Made by a program: the position numbers and the translations under genes | The notes under the pieces: generated by a model | Told to the model about the DNA's origin: nothing | The model's input: only the letters and a program-made list of their open reading frames with translations | The model's database searches: none | Part shown: piece by piece, positions 59,728 to 64,000 of the stretch | How the letters are laid out: every line of letters begins with the position of its first letter | How positions within the stretch are numbered: the first letter of the stretch is position 1 | Source of the DNA: Podarcis vaucheri | Lineage: Eukaryota | Assembly (NCBI GenBank): GCA_965113315.1 | Contig: OZ220379.1 | Length of the DNA: 64,000 nucleotides | Direction: 5' to 3' (one strand)

Positions 59728-61072
59728 CCGTAATTTTCGTTCCAAAACACGCACTTTTTTGCTCCTAGAAAGTAAGGGAAAATGCCTGTGTGTGTTACGG
59801 AGTGAATGCACGGATCGGAGCCATGGCTGCCGTCAGTCAAGAAAAGCGGGAGCCGCTTACACGCTCCACGAGGCTCTCGCTTTGCTTGCTTTAAAGCGAC
59901 CTGGAGCCAGGGAGGAGGGAGGGAAGGAGAGCCATGGCAGCAAAGCGGGCAGCAGCTGCTTACACGGGAGGAGGGACAGACGCTAGCAAAGGTCTGTGTG
60001 CTCTCTAAACAGAGGAATGAGGCTGCAGAGGAATGGCAGGAAAGATAAAATTTAAGCAACCAGCAGCAAAATAAAACCAACCTCGAGCTCTGAGCCAGCG
60101 CAGTGAAAATCAGGAAGTAAAAAAAAAAAAAAGGATGGGGAGGGCATGAGGGAGAGGGGAAAACTTCGCAAATCCCCCTGGGACGGAGCAGCTTGTTTTC
60201 AGGCAGGATAGATTTGAGCATTGTCTGGGTCCTAGTGCCCCTACCGCTTTTTTGTGCTCCATTCTATTGCTGCTGGTGGCTGCTTATCATTCAGGCTGCA
60301 AGGAGGAGTGCTTTTACACAGCTAATGGCGAATCCCCTGCAATCCAAGTCCTCCTCACTTGCTCAAATCTATTCTGCCTCAAAACAAGGAGCGGAAGGAA
60401 AAGGCTGCAAACTGTTAAATGGGAAAAAAAACCCAGGCACAGGGCAAATACCTTAAGTATACCTTTAAAGCAACAGTGCTCTTTCCCTCCCTCCTCCCCA
60501 CTCAGCTCACCGAAAAGCTCCTTCTCCACCCCCACACCCCCACGCGTGCTCCTTGTCCCTTGAGTGCTTTTCCTTCCTTCCCCACTTAAAACATGGTTAC
60601 AAAGCACGGATCCACATGGATCCTCAGGATTTTTGCATTGGGCTACTCCAAACTCACCGTCAGATCACATGTCTGTGGCCACAGCATGAACCATAAAAAT
60701 CATACATCCACTGTTTTGTTTAGAATATTTTTTCCTTGTTTTCCTCCTCCACACAGAGAGCCAGTGTGGTGTAGTGGTTAAGAGCGGTAGTCACGTAATC
60801 TGGGAAACCGGGTTCGCGTCTCCGCTCCTCCACATGCAGCTGCTGGGTGACCTTGGGCCAGTCACACTTCTGTGAAGTCTCTCAGCCCCACTCACCTCAC
60901 AGAGTGTTTGTTGTGGGGGAGGAAGGGAAAGGAGAATGTTAGCCGCTTTGAGACTCCTGAAGGGGAGTGAAAGGCGGGATATCAAATCCAAACCCTTCTC
61001 TTCTTCTTCTTCTTCTTCTAAAAACTACGTGCGTGTTATGGTCAGATGCGTGTTATAGAGCGAAAAATACGG
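59728..61072. mobile_element. Tc2/pogo-like non-autonomous element of about 1.35 kb, including a nested SINE
   Basis: TIRs CCGTAATTTTCGTTCCAAAACACGCA / TGCGTGTTATAGAGCGAAAAATACGG match at 22 of 26 positions, with TA on both sides. Confidence 0.8.
60756..61019 (+). mobile_element. Squam3-like SINE
   Basis: GAGAGCCAGTGTGGTGTAGTGG head and (CTT)n tail. Confidence 0.9.
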
Positions 61073-62052
61073 TATATAACATAGGTAGACAAAACTACAG
61101 AAAGCATTACCCAAAGAGAAATTCAGGTTGTTGTGTGGGGCCCACGAGGAACAGATGTATATGGATTTAAATGCTGGATTTAACCTGAGAAATTTGAGTT
61201 TGAAGATAGTTTGGCCAACAACCCTGTGGAGTCATCCAAATAACTTTCACGAAGCTCATAATGTGTCATTCATTAAGATGACTTTCCTAGTGGCCTGTGT
61301 GGGTTGTCCTCTTGTTGTACCCCTGAAGCCTGAGGGAAGGAGAGAGGTGCCAAGCCATTATAATAGCTGAGCAATAGAAGCCACTGTGGTCACAGGGTAA
61401 ATGCCAATTCCAAAAGCATGTACCAGCTAAAGTGCAGATGTTAACTTTGGCTATGTAACTCAGCATGTGGGCCATTTGAATTAAATGAGCTGAAAAACTA
61501 CAAAAGTTTTCATCTTCGGTCTAGCTCATGTGTATATGTCTGAAAGGAGCCTATAATTCACAATCACTCATCTTGATCTTCCAACTTTTATTTTCCCTTT
61601 TTGGCAGGATGGTCCTTACAGCCTACTGTGGACTCCAGGAAAGCTGTGTTAGGCATAATCACCCCTTTGTGTGAGTAAATATTCTGACAGTTGCTAATAG
61701 GTGCATAAATTGCATTGAGATGAGTCATTACGGTTGGCTGTGTAAACATATAAACTTAATTTTTGTGGTATCCACTGGGACATTGTGGAAAAAAAAGTGA
61801 ATAGGGGGAGGTTTCCACTGTGGCTTTTTCTCTGAAGAATTTATGATTCAGGGACCTGAATCACCTACAGCATTTTAATTACTGCATTTTTCCACAACCT
61901 CCCTGAATTATTTTTCAGCAGTATAATTTTTTAAAAAGAGCGTAATACACATCCTTACCAGCCAAGATGTTTAGGGTTATAAAAATCAGTGTGGTATGAT
62001 ATTTAAAATGTTAATCTGCCCTTCCTTTATACTTTCATTGGTTAGCCTAGTA

Positions 62053-62711
62053 CAGTGGTGCCTTGGTTCTCAAACTTAATCCGTTCCGGAAGTTGGTTCC
62101 AAAACCAAAGCGTTCCAAAACCAAGGTGTGCTTTCCCATAGAAAGTAATGCAAAATGGACCTTTAAAAACAACCCCTAAAACAGCAATTTAACATGACTT
62201 TTACTATCTAACGAGACCACTGATCCATAAAATGAAAGCAATAATCAAAGTACTGTACTATAAAATAAATAAGACAGTATTGTAGATAATAAAACTAAAA
62301 ATTAAATTTTGTTCTTATCTGCACTCATGATAGTCATTGTTTGGATGGGGGGGGGGTTCTTATCCATTTCCGCAATCACACAATCAATCACTCAGTAGCT
62401 GAACTGGATTTTACACAGTCACAAAAACAAATTAACCGAAAAAGCATCAAAAACAAAAACACAAAATAAATAGCAAAAACAAAAGCGCTAAACTTAATCT
62501 GTTGTGGAAGTCCGTTTGACTTCCGAAATGTTCAAAAACCAAGGTGCAGCTTCTGATTGGTGCAGGTGCCCTGTAAACAATAGCTGACAGCCGCATCAGA
62601 CGTTTGGCTTCTGGAAATCATTAGAAAACCAGGACACTTACTTCTGGGTTTTGGGGGTTTGAGAACCAAGGTGTCTGAGTACCAAAGCATTTGAGAACCA
62701 AGGTACCACTG
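62053..62711. mobile_element. Tigger-like non-autonomous element, family D
   Basis: TIR CAGTGGTGCCTTGGTTCTCAAA / TTTGAGAACCAAGGTACCACTG with a TA TSD. Confidence 0.85.
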
Positions 62712-63694
62712 TACTTAAAGAAAGGAGAGGCTGTCCTGGCTCCCAGGATTTCCTGTATGGTCCTTTCCACCATCTCTTGTTCCAAGGAATTCCCCCCTCC
62801 TCAATTGCTAGGCACTGCAGTCACTTTCTCCTATGTGAAGCAGGATATTTGAACGCCACCCTTTCTATGCAAACAGGCACAGAGTTCTGTTAGAGTCTTC
62901 CTGTTATGTATATTTGCTACCATTTCCTATTGCTATGAATGATAAAAGAGACAGACAATTTATTGCAGCCAATACTGTAGTCCTTCAGGGGGGAAAACAG
63001 AGAAGACTCCATAGGTGAGTTTGACTCATCCCAGTTTACTCAGCAATGTCCTAGCTTTGTGCCCAACCACCTACAGAGGTGAAGAACCTGCAGCTCTCCA
63101 GATGTTTGACTACAGCTTCAATCTTCCTTGACAGCTGGCCATACTCCCACATCTGGAGGGCCAAAAGAATTGTTCCACTACTGGAATACATCAGTAGTTA
63201 TGGCTTTCTGTCCAAGAGAAACAAACCCCGTTTTCAGGCCACTTCCAGGTCTGCAATGACCAGTGTGTGTGATTACACGTCAATCAGACTTGTGTAAAAT
63301 GGTCGCTGCTTGTATGCTAAGCTTTTATTCATATAAAATATGAACAATATATAATAGCTTTATGTCACTGATTTAAGATCAGCCCTGATGTGATACATAT
63401 CATCACTATGGATCAGGGTGGTGAACCTCCAGCATATGGGCCAGATTCAGCCCCACAAGTGATATTTAACTGTCCTTGCAAGATCCTCCAAGAATTTGGC
63501 AGAGGCAAAACAATACCAGAACAGACTGTGGCTGCATCGCTGCTATTTCTGCCATTTCAGGAGCTTCTTGATGCCCTCAGGAAACAGAAAATAATGCTTC
63601 AGTCAGCTCTACTGTTTCCTGGCTTCAGTGGCTTTCAGGACAGAAAAGGCAAAGACACACCAACACCTCACAAGGTAGACTCTTACAATGGAAA

Positions 63695-64000
63695 GGGACA
63701 TGGGTGGTGCTGTGGTCTAAACCACTGAGCCCCTTGGGCTTGCCAATCAGAAGGTTGGTGGTTCAAATCCCCATGACGGGCTGAGCTCTGTTGCTCTGTT
63801 CCAGCTCCTGCCAACCTAGCAGTTCGAAATCATACCAGTACAAGTAGGTAAATAGGTATCGCTGCTGCAGGAAGGTAAACGGTGTTTCTGTGGACTCTGG
63901 TTTCCGTCATGGTGTCCTGTTGTGCCAGAACTGGTTTAGTCATGCTGGCCACATGACCAGAAAGCTGTCTGTGGAGAAATGCCAGGTCTCTCACCCTGAA
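63695..64000 (+). mobile_element. Sauria SINE, second subtype (cut by the window end)
   Basis: Head and body match the other copies. Confidence 0.9.

Overview
This is eukaryotic, repeat-rich, non-coding DNA from a squamate reptile, most likely a lacertid lizard (inferred from the mix of Sauria/Squam1, Squam2-like and Squam3-like SINEs with L2, CR1, RTE, L1-like and Penelope retroelements). I found no recognisable host protein-coding exon, rRNA, tRNA gene or CRISPR array, so the window looks like a large intron or intergenic region. It holds eight Sauria SINEs, three Squam3-like SINEs and a young 5'-truncated L2 with an intact reverse-transcriptase frame (38273-39964). It also holds an orphan CR1 endonuclease fragment, an internally deleted mariner, a probable Gypsy-type solo LTR, and many TA-flanked Tc1/mariner (Tigger/Tc2-like) and 8-bp-TSD hAT MITEs, several of them nested. 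The most notable items are a perfect 122-bp spacer-less palindrome built from a Penelope hammerhead-ribozyme region (4902-5023), a strong candidate 24-nt microexon (13193-13216), a MITE carrying a 3x118-bp array of hairpins (54099-54815), and the L2 RT fused in frame to a flanking ATG. I cannot support a claim of a wholly new biological system. Family names come from recognition by eye, not from database searches.
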